NCBI RefSeq assembly: GCF_963921235.1
Contig: NC_086116.1
Location: 60,636,001-60,700,000, forward strand
Length of the DNA: 64,000 nucleotides
Direction: 5' to 3'
Source: Mobula hypostoma
Lineage: Eukaryota
Translations under genes and position numbers: made by a program
Part shown: positions 36,003 through 48,612 of the stretch, piece by piece
Layout of the letters: every line of letters begins with the position of its first letter
Position numbering within the stretch: position 1 is the first letter of the stretch
The notes under the pieces: generated by a model
Databases searched by the model: none
What the model was told of the DNA's origin: nothing
What the model saw: only the letters and a program-made list of their open reading frames with translations

Positions 36003-37059
36003 GTAGGAAAACCTGCTTTCCTGTTCCACTCTCCCCCCAGTCCCTTGGTTGTTGATGCCTGAGCTGGTACTTGGTGTTGAAACCCCGAAGTTGTAAGTTT
36101 TGCTATGTTTTGTTGCTCTGCACGTCTCTTCCTGGCATGGTGTTTTTCTATTGGTCTATGGAATTGTTTAGAATTTACTGCAAACATATTGGTGCCTGAC
36201 TGCAGAATGGACATTACTTACTTGATATTGAAATGGAGATAACTAATATTGAAGCATCTTCAGACGTTTAAATTCATGCAATTTGGTGGCTGTGTATTGC
36301 TGTTAGGGTGCTGGTAATTAAGGAGTTAGGGATAGGAAATTGGTGCATCCACTTCTCTTTTATCAAAGAGGCAATCAAGCCTGTCAGCAGAGCTGTAACA
36401 TTAATTCCTCGAGTGGATTTGCTGAGCTGTATCAACTTGAGAACTTTTATGAATCAAATAACACAATTTGTAGGCATTTTGGCGTCTTAACTGCTGTGGT
36501 TTGAATCTATGAGCACATGCTTGAGATGTATCGTAACTTGGTACAGAGAGCCAATGACTATTGAATGTATAATCCTCGGCGTGCTGGCACTTTGAGTGTT
36601 AACACAAAATGCTCTGAGTGTTATCTTTGTAGCCTGCCCTCGTGCTATAGAAATGCTAATTCCAATTATCATTTGTCATGATACTGTGAAATTTGTGTGA
36701 AATGGTAACTTATGGGTTTTAATCCAACATTATATCTTATGCAAGACATATATGGTCTCCGATTCACATCTGTCCTTAATGAGCAGGTAACCTAGTTTTC
36801 AAAGATGCCTTCATATGCAAATAACTGTCCCTTGGTCTTAATAGTTTGTTTTTTATAAAGGATCATCAGTTGTTAATTTTGGGCTTTGGAGTGTAGATTT
36901 TTGCACACTACTGTCCCAAAGAGACACTGGGTTGCGTAGAGGAAGAGAGAGTTTAATAGAAGCGAGCGGGGCCAATCTGTACTTTGTGTGCCACAGTTCC
37001 TGAGGAGACATTGGATTGCACATAAGTAGGCACTTGGCAAGGACCAATGCAAAGACGTT

Positions 37060-40000
37060 AGGTTTATGCAGAATGGCCATTTTGGGAGCAGCCATTGTGT
37101 GAGTGGGCCAGTGTTAGAGTGGGGAGTTGAGGATTTGGCTCATCAGGGTTTTGGCGAGGAGAGACGTAGGCCCTAGGTAATTTTTTTTCTCATTATTTAT
37201 TCTCTATTTCTTTCTTATTGCACATTTTAGAGTAGTAGAGATGCCAGACAGCATAGCAGAATGGTCCTGTTGTGGGAAGGCGGGGAGACCTCCAGTGTCC
37301 CTGATGTCTATAACTGCAAGAAGGCATCGAGCTGCAGGTTCTAACAGACCTGCATGAGTTGCAGCTGGAACTGAGTGAACTCTGGGTCATTCGGGAGGCT
37401 GAGGGGTTGATAGACAGGACATACAGGGTGGTAGTTGCACCCAAGGTGCAGGACATGGTAACTGAGTGACCATGGGGAGGGGCAAAGGGGATAGGCAGCC
37501 AAAGCAGAGTGTCCCTGAGGTCATTCCCCTCAACAATAGGCGTATTTCTTTGGATACTGTTGCGGGGTATGACCTAGCAGAGGAAAGCTAGAGACAGTTG
37601 GGTCTCTGGCACTGAGTCTGGCTCGGTGGCTCAGAAGGGAAGTGGGAAGAAGAGACGAGCTGTAGTGATAGGAGATTTGTTGGTTAGGAGAACAGGAAGG
37701 AGGTCCTGTGGACAAGAATGGGATTCCCGGATGGTTTGTTGCCTCCCGGATGCCAGGGTCAGGGATATCTCAGATCGAGTGAGCAGCAGGGGTCGTGGTC
37801 CACATTAGCACCATTGACATGAGTAGGAAGGGTGACAAAGTCCTGCAAAGTGACTTCAGGGGGTTAGGTGCTAAGTTAAAGGACAGGACCTCTAGGGTTG
37901 TGATCTCAGGAATGCTACTCATTCCATGTGCAAGTGAGACCAGAAATAGGAAAATCATACAGTTTAACATGTGGCAAAGGAGTTGGTGTAGGAGGGAGGA
38001 ATTCAGATTTTTGGATCATTGGACTGTCTTCCGGGGAAGGTGGGACCTATATAGAAGGGACAATTTGCACCTAAATTGGAGGAACAAATATCCTAGTGGG
38101 AAGGGTGGCTAGTGCAGTGCTGGGGGGGGGGGGGGCCCGGAGTTAAAGTAGAGTTTCAGGGATATGGGAACCAGAGCACCAGAATTAATTGTGAAGTGGT
38201 TCTGGAGAAAGATGTTGTTAAGCCTACATTCGAAGTCAGGAATCAACAGGTTTAGCATGGTGGGACTAATGTTCTGAGCTGTGTCTATTTCAATGCAATG
38301 ATCTTAGGACATGGATTAGCACATGGAATTATGACATTGTAGCCATTATTGAGATTTGGTTGCAGGAGGCAGGGCTGGCAGCTTATTGTTCTGGGTTCTG
38401 TTTTAGACGTGGTAGAGTGGGAGGGATTAAAGAGGGAGGGGTGGCATTACTAGTCAGGAAAAATGTCACTGCAGTGCTCAATTAGGACAGATTAAGAGCT
38501 CCTCGAGTGAGGCTTTATGGATAGAATTGAGGAATAAGAAAGAGATGACCAGGTGAATTGGATTATGCTATAGACCACCTAACAGTTCACCAGATATAGA
38601 GGAGCAAATTTGTAGAGAGATCGCAGACTTTCGAAAGAAACGCAAGGTTGTGATAGGTGATTTTAAATTTCCACTTATTGACTGGGACCCCCATACTGTA
38701 AAAGGGCTGGAGTTGGAAAGCGTGTACAATACTGGATCCCCTATTGTGTGATCGGGAATCTTTCGGAGGGTAGACCTCAAAATCCCTGGCCTTGACTGCT
38801 TTTGGCGACCGAGAAGGAGGTCGAATCGTTTGGACAAAGATGGCGCTCAGTACTCGGTGTCGGAGAGTTAATCAGAGCTCGAAGTTTTCCGATGACTCAA
38901 GTTTTTCTTCCTTCTCCCGTCTGCGTGAGATGTGGGACATTTGAGAAACTTTGAACTTTACTGTGCTCGCAGACTTCTTCATCAAGTTATGGTATTGCGC
39001 ACTGTTTGTAACTATATGTTATAATTATGTGGTTTTGTCAGTTTTTCCAGTCTTGGTTTGTCCTGTGTTTTGTGATATCACACCGAAGGAAATAATGTAT
39101 CATTTCTTAATGCATGCATTACTAACTGACAATAAAAGAGGACTACGTGTCTTCATAATCATATTAGGGAATGAGACAGGGCAGGTGACAGAAGTTTGAG
39201 TAGGGGAACACTGCATCTAGTGATCATAATGCCATTAGTTGCAAGGTAATTATAGGAAAGGATAGGCCTGGTTCTGGGGTTGAGATTCTAAATCGGAGAA
39301 AAGTCAATTTTGATGCTATGAGAAAGGATCTGGCAAGTGTGGATTGGGACAGGCTGGTTTCTGGCAAAGTTGTACTTGGAGAGTGGGAAGCCTTTAAAAG
39401 TGAAATTTTGAGAGAATAGTATTTGTATGTTTCTGTCACAATAAACTGCAAGGGTAACAGGTTTAGAGAACCTTGGTATTCTCTATATGTACCTGATTAG
39501 GACAAAGAAAGAGGTGCCGAGCAGATATGACAGGCAGGCAGGAACAACTGAGATACATATGGAGTATAAGAATTGCAAGAGAACCCTTACGAAGGAAATC
39601 AGGAGGGCTAAAAGAAGGCATAAGGTTGCTCTAGCAGACAAGGTGAAGGAGAATTCTAAGGAATTCCACAGACATATTAAGAGCAAAAGGATAGCAGGGG
39701 ACAAAGTTGGCCCTCTGGAAGATCAGGATGGTAATCTATGGGTGAAACTAAAAGAGATGGGGGAGGTTTTAGATAGATTTTTTGCATTTGTATTTACTCA
39801 GAAGATAGACACAGTCTATAGAAGTGAAGCAAAGCAGCAGCGATGCCATGGACCCTATACAGAGGAGGAGGTGTTTGTTGTCTTGAGGCAAATTAGAGTG
39901 AATAAATCCCCAGGAACTGACAAGGTGTTCCCTCAGACCCTGTAGGAGGCAAGTACAGAAATTGCAATAGCCATGGCAGAGATATTCAAGTCATCCTTAG

Positions 40001-41430
40001 TGACAGGTGAGGTATTGGAAGATTGATGTTGGCTAATGTTTTTTCTGTTTAAGAATGTCTCTAAGAATAAGCCAGGAAATTATAGGCTGGTGAGCCTGAC
40101 CTCAACAGTGGGAAGATTATTGGAAGGTACTCTAAGGGACCAGATATATACATATTTGGATAGACAGAGACTGATTTGGGATAGTCAACATGGCTTTGTG
40201 CACTGTAAGTCGTGTCTAACCAATCTTATAGAGCTTTTTGAGGAAGTTACCAGCAAGGCCTTTGACAAGGTCCTGCATGGGAGGTTGGTCAAAAAAGTTC
40301 AGTCTCATGGTATACAAGATGAGGTAGTAAATTGGATTAAATATTAGCTTTGTGGAATGTTGCCTCTCTGACTAGTGGAATACTGCAGGGATCGGTACTG
40401 GGTCTTTACCCCAGCCCCTCATCTTTTTAATCTCCAGTCCTGCTGAAGGGTCTCTGCCTGAAACGTCCACTGTACCCCTTTCTATAGATGCTGCCTGGCC
40501 TGCTAAGTTCCTCCAGCATTTTGTGTGTTGCTTGGATTTCCAGCATCTGCAGATTTTCTCTTGTTTAGTGCTGGGTCTTTTGTTGTTTGTCATCTGCATC
40601 AACAATCTGGTTGATAATGTGGTACATTGGATCAGCAAATGTGTGGATGACACCAAGATTAGGGGTGTAGTGGACCCTGAGGAAGACAATTAAGCTTGCA
40701 GTGGGATCCAAATCGGCTGGGAAAATGGCAGATGGGATTTATTGCGGAGAAATGTGAGGTGTTGCACTTTGGAAGGACCAACAAGGATAGGACCAACACT
40801 GAGGAGAGCAGTAGAACAGAGGGATCTGGGAATACAGATCCGTAAATCCTTGAAAATGACATCACAGATAGATAAGGTCGCAAAGAAAACTTTTGGCATG
40901 TTGGCCTTCATAGATCAAAGTATTGAGTACAGTTTCTATTGAAACTGTATAAGACATTGGTGAGACCTAATTTTGAGAATTGTATGCAGTTTGGTGACCT
41001 ACCTATAGGAATGATGTAAATGAGGTTGAAAGAATGCAGAGAAAATTTACGAGGATGTTGCTGGAACTCCGGGGAAAGGTTGAAGAGGCTAGGACTTTAT
41101 TCTCTGGAACATAGAAGATTGAGGGGAGATTTGATAGAGGTATACAAAATTATGAGGGTATAGATAGGATAAATGGAAGCAGGCCTTTTCTACTGAAGTT
41201 GGGTGGGACTACAACTGGAGGTCATGGGTTAAGGATGAAAGGTGAAATGTTTAGGGGCAACATGAGGAAGAACTTCTTTACTCGGTGGTAGATGGCGGTG
41301 AGAGTGCGGAACGAGCTGCAAGTGGAAGTGGTGGATGTGGGTTTGTTTTCAACACAAGGGAAGTTTGGATTGGTACATTATGAAGGGCTAAGGTCAAAGG
41401 GCCATTTTCTGTGTTGTAGTTTATGACTAT
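37060..41430 (+). mobile_element. Near full-length degraded CR1 LINE (5' UTR, ORF1 with esterase-like domain, ORF2), with insertions at about 38720-39162 and 40408-40567
   Basis: ORF1 RRAVVIGDLLVR..MVCCLPDARVRDI and RVVISGML. ORF2 YRPPNS, KSPGTDKVFP, KPGNYRLVSLTS, SQHGFV, KAFDKVLHGRL and DDTKI. Decayed 3' end. Confidence 0.88.
40408..40567 (+). mobile_element. Single PLE terminal repeat with the best-preserved sense-strand hammerhead-like motif (40435-40472)
   Basis: CAGTC CTGCTGA AGGGTCTCTGCCT GAAAC GTC CACTG. 13-bp TSD gt(a/g)ctgggtcttt at 40395-40407 and 40568-40580, duplicating CR1 GSVLG codons. Confidence 0.85.
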
Positions 41431-43443
41431 TCTGTTGCTTGGCTGATTCAATAAAATGTCCATTGTTGAAATAAGACCTTGGGTTAGGATGCTGATAAAG
41501 TGCTTGTTCTATATTCAGATGAGCACCAAACTCAGCCAATCAAACGCATTTTTAAAATGGGACCAATTTATAGCTACTGATATAACTTCCAACCAGCACA
41601 GAATAAGGGTCGAAGGTTAAATGTTTTATTCTAATGATTCTAATTGTCAGAAATATACTTTTATTCCGAGGTTTGTAAGGATCACAGTCAGAGACACTGG
41701 TAGAGGCAGAAATCATCATCATATTTAGAACATGCTGCGATGCGTAGTTAAAGAGCCATGTCCTATGGGGCTACAGGCTCAGTTTTGCCAGGAGGGTGGG
41801 GTTTGATCACGCCAGAAATGGAGCCAATTGGTGGTGTAAATTTTCAGATAGTCTCTCCATTTACTGCCAGCTTTTGATTAGGGAGAATGATAATCCATTG
41901 AACCCTAGAGAGATTGGGGTTTCCAATCTACTGGGTGGTGAGCTAGATTCTGTGCCACGAGACGATGCTTGCCCATGCCATGTGCTGCTCTGTAGAGTGG
42001 AGACAGACGAAGCTTTGGGAACCTATATGACATGGATAGCAAACAGGTTTTGATGCACAGCATCAGTTATCAGAATGATGGATTTTACATTTAAGCAATT
42101 GTAAGTAAAATTGATTAATTGAAACTGCTGAAGACAGTTGTTAGGCAAACAATATAAATTGTCGTGAGCTTGCACTATTGGAGCTGTGCATGGGACTGAT
42201 GATTGAGGCAGAGCTGGGCATTCTCAATGCTGTGGAGGATTTTTAGTGTGCTGGCCTGTTGTACCCCCACCCTTCTTGACTTGAGAAAATGTACATCCTT
42301 GAAGTTGGTGTTGGTGAAGAGGTCGTCGTCACAGAAACGGGTTATTGCATGATTAAACATGATTAATAGCAATTCTAATATGGAGTACCAGATTAATCTG
42401 TAAGGGGAATGAAACAGAGTTGACTCATTTTAAAAGGGGGAAATGTTGTCCTTAAATGTTTACAGGCATATTAATTATGTACAATATTGTATTAACCTTT
42501 CAGCTCTATTCATTCTTTGATAATGGCTTGATCATGCTTTTAAAGTCATAACAATTAATCATTAAAATTAATTAAATTAAATTTAATGATTCTTAAGTGC
42601 CAGAATTTAATTATGTTTTGTAATTTCATTGTGACAGTCACTTTTTTTTGTGTGGAGTTTAATGTTTTTTGGTTTCCATTATTTGGTTTGAGTATTAACT
42701 GGAAACATATAAGGGGGGGGAGAGGGAGGGAGTGAGGGAGAGAAGAAAAAAAAAAGAATGAGAATCATCCTAGCTGCTGTTGGAAGTTTTTCTTTCTCAA
42801 TCGTTGGTCCTGGTGAAAAGTTGAATCAAGTTAAATGAATAGAGTTATGACAGGCCATCAATAGTGAGGTTTAACACTGGAGTATAAGTGGGGGGAAAAG
42901 TAATGTTTACTCTTGTAGCGCATTCATTGCAGTGGTCCTCTTCACAACTGCTGTTTTTAGACTACACAGGTGAATTTGTATACACACTTGAAATAGTAGG
43001 TACACACTGCAGGTCTGCAGAGAAAGATTGGGATGAGCTGGATTAATTAAGCTCCCAAAGGGCTTGCTCGGTCATGATGGGCTGAATAACAAGCTTCTAT
43101 GTTGCATGATCTTATCAAAAGATGTGTGCCTGGCAGTGCAGGTACCTTTCTGCTTTGGGGATCCCAATGCCAGTTTGACAACTGCGAGTTAACAAGTCCG
43201 ATGCCAGTGTGGTTTGAGGTACTCACCTCAAATCTCTCAACATGATCCTACTGCTCAGAGGTCAAGGACTGTAAATTTTCATTTTTGAGAGTGATGTGTC
43301 TTCAGGAGTTGTGTGCTGAAAAGGTGCAGCTTGGATTTGCCTATGGTGTTGCTACAAATAATTTTTCCCTAGTAACTGTCAGCGTAACTAGGTGGATTTC
43401 AAAGCTAGGAATATTTATTGAAGTATTTTGCTGGATATGTTTT

Positions 43444-44125
43444 CATCATCATCGTCAGATGCCGTGCCCAGTTTGAGCTTTGACTGCCATGGCCCACACA
43501 CTCCTGTTTCGGGTCAAGTGGATCAATTCATTGGCATTCATTTCCAGTTCTCTGGCTGCTGTTTCCATCATCATTTGTCTTTGTCTTCCTCCTGCTTTCT
43601 TCCCTTCAATCTTTCCCATAATTACCATGCATTCTAACTCCTCTTTCCTAATCACATGTCTGATGAAGTTACGTTGCCTTTTCATGATCTCATACATTAT
43701 TTCTCTTTTTGTATTTGCTCTGTTCATGACATCCTGGTTAGATATTCGATTCGTCCATGATATTCTTTGCATCCTCCTCAAAAACCACATCTCTGCTGCT
43801 TCACTTCATTTCCTCATGTTACTAGATATTGTCCATCATTCTGAGCCATATAACATAACTGGATAAACGTAACATTTCAGTGCTCTGAGGCAGGTTGTCA
43901 TGCCTAGTTTAGTATTGGTCGGTATACTCTTCATTCTCGTAAAGGTGTCTTTTGCCATCCCTATTCTTCTTTTTCATGTCCAAGTTGCACCTGCCATCCG
44001 ATGTCACCCAGCTTCCTAAGTAACAAAAGTTCTGTACTTGTTTTATGTCTTCCCCGTTTATTCTTAGCCTGCAGGTAGGATTTTCCTCCTTTTTGGATAT
44101 GACCATACATTGTCTTTTTACAATT
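43444..44125 (-). mobile_element. RTE-clade LINE 3' fragment with a (GAT)n tail
   Basis: IKQVQNFCYLGSWVTSDGRC and MWFLRRMQRISWTNRISNQDV..GKIEGKKAGGRQR. catcatcatc at 43444. Confidence 0.85.
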
Positions 44126-44747
44126 GATGGATAGACCCATTTTTGTTTTTGATATGTTTTCAGGTCTTGTATTACACCTGTATTTGCAAAGAATGGAACA
44201 AAAGGAGATGCAAACACTTTAAAACAACTTTTATAGCTTACTTCCTGTGGCAATGCTCATATCAGAATGTTTTTATTGTTAGATGGACATGTCTTGCTTC
44301 CCTCTTCAACACTGCGAGAGAAGACTGGCAAGTTTGATGGAACATTCCATGTATGGAATGAGTCAAGTGCATCCCTTCTCCCTGCACTGTGGTGACTTTC
44401 CGTCTTGTGCTTCTAGTGCCAAACTGCCTCTCTCAGGGTGGCACAGCCACTGGAGATGCTGCATCCTCATACTTACTGTGTTCGATCCTGACCTCTGGTG
44501 CTGTCTGTGTGGGGTTTAACCCTGTGACAATATTCCCTCGAAGGTGTGTTTTTGTGTGTGTGCGCGCGCGCGCACATCTTTTGCTACTAAAGAATTTAAA
44601 GTGTGCACAAAATGTTGTCACCTTCTACCTTGGCATGTTAAGTATATTTCATGATCATACACAATCGCATTTCATTTTCCTGTTTCTGATGCAGACGGTG
44701 TTGACAACGTGGAGGTTGCGATGATTTGTTTGCAAGTTAGAACTGGC

Positions 44748-45084
44748 ATGTGGGCACGTGGCCAAGTGGTTAAGGCATCGGACTAGCAACCTGAAGGTCG
44801 TGAGTTCAAGCCCCAGCTGAGGCAACATGTGTTGTGTCCTTGAGCAAGGTACTTAATCACACATTGCCCTGCGACAACACTGGTGCCAAGCTGTATGGGT
44901 CCTAATGGCCTTCCCTTGGACAACATTGGTGGCGTGGAGAGGGGAGACTTGCAGCATGGGCAACTGCTGGTCTTCCGTACAACCTTGCCCAGGCTTGCAC
45001 CCTAGAGAGTGAAGACTTTCCAGGCGCAGACCCATGGTCTCGCAAGACTAACGGATGCCTTTATTATTTATTATTTATTATTTA
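44748..45084 (+). mobile_element. tRNA-derived CORE-type SINE, full length, with a 10-bp TSD
   Basis: A box TGGCCAAGTGG, B box GAGTTCAAGCC, CORE-like gtgtccttgagcaaggtacttaa and (TTTA/TTA)n tail. TSD tagaact(g/a)gc at 44738-44747 and 45085-45094. Confidence 0.85.
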
Positions 45085-45475
45085 TAGAACTAGCTTATTT
45101 ATAATGTTTTTATTGAAGAGATTATTGGTTCACTTACATTGACTCTAAAGACGGTGTGCAAAAGCTTCAGAGAGAAAATCCTTCATTACCTGCTTTAGGC
45201 CTGCTATGTATGTTTTGGGAGAGTGCAGATGAATGACAGCGAGAATGATCAAACCCAAATGAGATCAAAGTTCTAATTGACAGAGTTTTGCTAGCTGTTA
45301 AAATGAAGACTTCCATATAAAATCTAGTGCGCACACATTGTTGATGGCAAAAAATTGCACAGCATAAGATTTTTGCGCACACTGGTCATTACAGTTTAGA
45401 GGGGGTGGGGCCTATAACCATGCAGCTTCCCTCCGTCTGCCCTGATTTCTTCCTACTTCCTAAAGATGGCACCAC

Positions 45476-45764
45476 GGAGGCACGGCGGTTAGTGTAACAC
45501 TGTTACAGCTTGTTGCGTTCCAGAGTTCAGAGTTCAGTTCTGGCATTGTCTGTACGGAGTTTGTATGTTCTCCCTGTGAACCATGTGGGTTTCATCCAGG
45601 TGTGCTGGTTTCTTCTCACAGTCCAAAGGTATACCGGTTCGTGGGTTAATTGGTTATTGGAAATTGTCCTGTGATTAGGCAAGTGTTAAGTAGATGGGGC
45701 TGCTGGGCGGTGCAGCTCATTGGGCAAGAAGAGCCTGTTCTACGTTGTATCTCTAATAAATAAA
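45476..45764 (+). mobile_element. V-SINE
   Basis: ggagtttgtatgttctccctgtg..cacagtccaaag..gcctgttctacgttgtatctctaataaataaa. Confidence 0.8.
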
Positions 45765-45833
45765 TGTTTGTGTTGGGAGGTTAAATGGGCAATGTAAATT
45801 GGCCCTAGTTTGTAAGTGGGTGGTAGGAACTGG

Positions 45834-46239
45834 CCTCCAAGGGAATCACAACCTTGTCATAGGGTTTGGAGGCTTGCGTGCCTCAGTGACCTGCAGAGCT
45901 ATGTTGGCTGGAGTCAGGGCATTCTGCTTTGGCTTCTAGTAGGGTCACCCATGACAAACAGGTCAAAGGGTAGAGGCCAGACTCCGAGTGGTCCACCAGT
46001 CCTCCAGGTTCGGGGGTTCAGCTCGGTGCTAACAACCTGACTGGTAAAACAAAGCTGTTACAGAAACAGCAATAAAGAATGCTTCTACATTTGAGTGTGA
46101 TGGTATTCCTGAATCTCCTCCGGGACCCGCATGACTGACAGTAGTGAAAACCAAGAAGGCACTGACACGATGAAGGAAACTCTGAATACCGCCAGAGGTA
46201 GATTGAAGCTCCTAAACACCAGTGGTGTAATGGGCAGTA
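45834..46239 (+). mobile_element. Bipartite RTE-derived non-autonomous element (5' UTR joined to a 3' tail)
   Basis: Starts atcacaaccttgtcatagg..gagctatg..gggtcacccatgacaaacaggtc, resembling BovB/Expander 5' ends as recalled. Imperfect ~15-bp TSD gggtggtaggaactgg / gggaggtaggattgg. Confidence 0.6.
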
Positions 46240-47387
46240 GGGAGGTAGGATTGGGGAGGTGGGTGTTCGCTAGAGTTATAGGGAGAATAAAATAGGATTA
46301 GTGTAACTGACTATTTTTTGTTCAACAGGGGCTAAAGAGACTGGTTCCATTCTGTATGACTCTCTAGTTATTCTATAGCTGCATTTGGGCTATTTCTGAC
46401 GAGTGATTCCTCACACGTTCCAAGCTAGTTAGATTGTGGAGGACCTGTAGTGGAGCCTTATTGCATATATACTGTACATACCCACCCATCTATTTAGTAC
46501 CTTACTCCACTTCTGTCAAAAACAACTTAAAGCCATTGAAATAGACTAAGGAAGTCATCCCCAACCCTGGTCAAGTTTTGGTATATTTCAAGAGGAGGTT
46601 GATAGGTTCTTGATTAGCAAATGCATCAAAAGCGATGGGGAGCAGGCAGGCAAATTGTGCTGAGAAAGATAATAGATCAGCCATGGACAGTCTCAATGGG
46701 CCGAATAGCCTAATTCTGCTCCTGTGTCTTATGGTGTTGGAAAGATTGCCAAAGAAAGAGACTAAGAATGCATAATGAAGAATGGTTTGAATTAAATATC
46801 TACAGGATAGTCCATACTTGGAACCAGGTGCAAAAATTATCTGCTATCCTATTTAAAACGTATCAGTCAGAAAAGGTTTTGAAGTGAAAATGTTGAAGTG
46901 TTTATCTGGAGGCCCACTGATTATTGCAGGCAACACTATGGCCATGTAGTTGCTGTCATTTTGGACAGCTTTCAAATCTGACCTGAGAACTACTTACAAA
47001 CCTGAAGCTAATAAAGCACACATTCAGTGTGCCTCTTGAGGGACAACCGTTTGGTTCTTTTTATGTGTTGTAACGTGTTTGTGCTGGTCAATAGAAGCTT
47101 GCAATAGAGGAAAGGCTCTGAACGCTTTGTAATATCGGGAAACAGGTTCTGTAGAGCAAGTGATCCATTTATAAGGGCTGAGTGTGGTGCTTTCCAGTGA
47201 CCCTGTTCACACAGGGTCAGATCTCCAGTCATTGCCTTGATTGCTTGGATTAAACTGCTAACTCCTGCATTGTGCTGTATTTGAGTCCACATTCACTTCA
47301 TGGAAACTAACAAACCAACAATATAAAAATTCTTAATTTAGACGTTCAATAGTTAATTGAACAAAAAAAAGGTTTATGGGAAATTTC

Positions 47388-47624
47388 ATGTGGGTACGTG
47401 GCCAAGTGGTTAAGGCATTGGACTTGTGACCCGAAGGTCGTGAGTTCGAGCCCCAGCCGAGGGAACGTGTTGTGTCCTTGAGCAAGGCACTTAATCACAC
47501 ATTGCTCTGCGATGACACTGGTGCCTAGCTGTATGGGTCCTAATGCCCTTCCCTTGGACAACATTGGTGTCGTGGAGAGGGGAGACTTGCAGCATGGGCA
47601 ACTGCTGGTCTTCCATACAACCTT
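47388..47624 (+). mobile_element. CORE-type SINE, 3'-truncated copy of the 44748 family
   Basis: Nearly identical to 44748-44985, with intact A and B boxes (TGGCCAAGTGG, GTTCGAGCC). Confidence 0.85.
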
Positions 47625-47719
47625 ATTTTAAACATCACACAGAAAATGCTGGAGGAACTCGGCAGGTTAGGCAGCACCTGCCTGAATAGGGGACAATTCT
47701 TCTGGCTGACAGTAACTAG

Positions 47720-47990
47720 GGCTGTCATGGTAGCATACAGGTTAGAGTAATGCTTTACAGCGCCAGTGATTGGGTTCAGGTCTCTAATGACTTTCTTCCT
47801 GTGACCACATGGGTTTTCTCCCACTGTGTTCCAAAGACATATGGATATGTTATGGTCATGCCCTGTTGGTGCGGAAACCTTGACACTTGTGGGATCTCCT
47901 TCAGTGCATCCTTGATCTGTGTTAGCTGTTGATGCATTTCACCGTATATTCTAATGTTTCGATGTACATATGACAAAGCTAATCTTTAAC
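47720..47990 (+). mobile_element. V-SINE with an alternative, non-CR1 3' tail
   Basis: tRNA head and V-domain to ccaaagac, then catgccctgttggtgcgg..tttcgatgtacatatgacaaagctaatc. A second copy lies on the minus strand at about 49465-49680. Confidence 0.6.
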
Positions 47991-48351
47991 AGTAAATGGT
48001 TCCTTGCCGTCTTGCTTCTGTTGTTTGATGAGTGAGGAAAGAGACTGGTAGATGTAGAGTTGAGGGTCTCCTGTTCGGTACTTGGGTTGGGAAAAGACCC
48101 AGACTAGACCTTCTTCGTGTGACCCATCCATCACTTTGTCCTCTCGTCTCTTGAGAGTAACAGGTATAGTCAGTTTCTGTGTGATGTAATTGGGCTCAGT
48201 GGCATAGTTTGAGTAGGGTGTGGATCAGTGTGAGGTGAAGAGTTAGTTGTTTATGTTTCATAGAGCTACCTGTACTCCTCTTTGGAAAGTGCTTGGTGCG
48301 GATACTGGATAAAGGATGCGATCATACAGTCTGTTAGCTCGGGAAATCATT

Positions 48352-48612
48352 TTTTTTATTTTATTGAGATACAGCACAGAATAGGCCCTTTAAGCCAGCA
48401 ACTCCCGATTTAACCCCAGCCTGATCACGGAGCAATTTACAATGACCAATTAACCTACCAAGCGGTACATCTTTGGACTGTGGGATGAAACTGGAGCACC
48501 CGGAGGAAACCCACGTGGTCACGGGGAGAATGTACAAACTCCATACAAGTAATGGCAGGATTTGAACCCGGGTTGCCTGTACTGTAAAGCATTGTGCTAA
48601 CCACTGCGCTGT
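48352..48612 (-). mobile_element. V-SINE, near full length
   Basis: ggagcacccggaggaaacccacgtggtcacggggagaatgtacaaactcc. Confidence 0.8.

Noticed and set aside
44752-44822. tRNA-like sequence (also 47392-47460)
   Set aside because: These are SINE heads followed by a CORE body. The first copy also has a tail and TSD, and neither has a proper acceptor stem or terminator.
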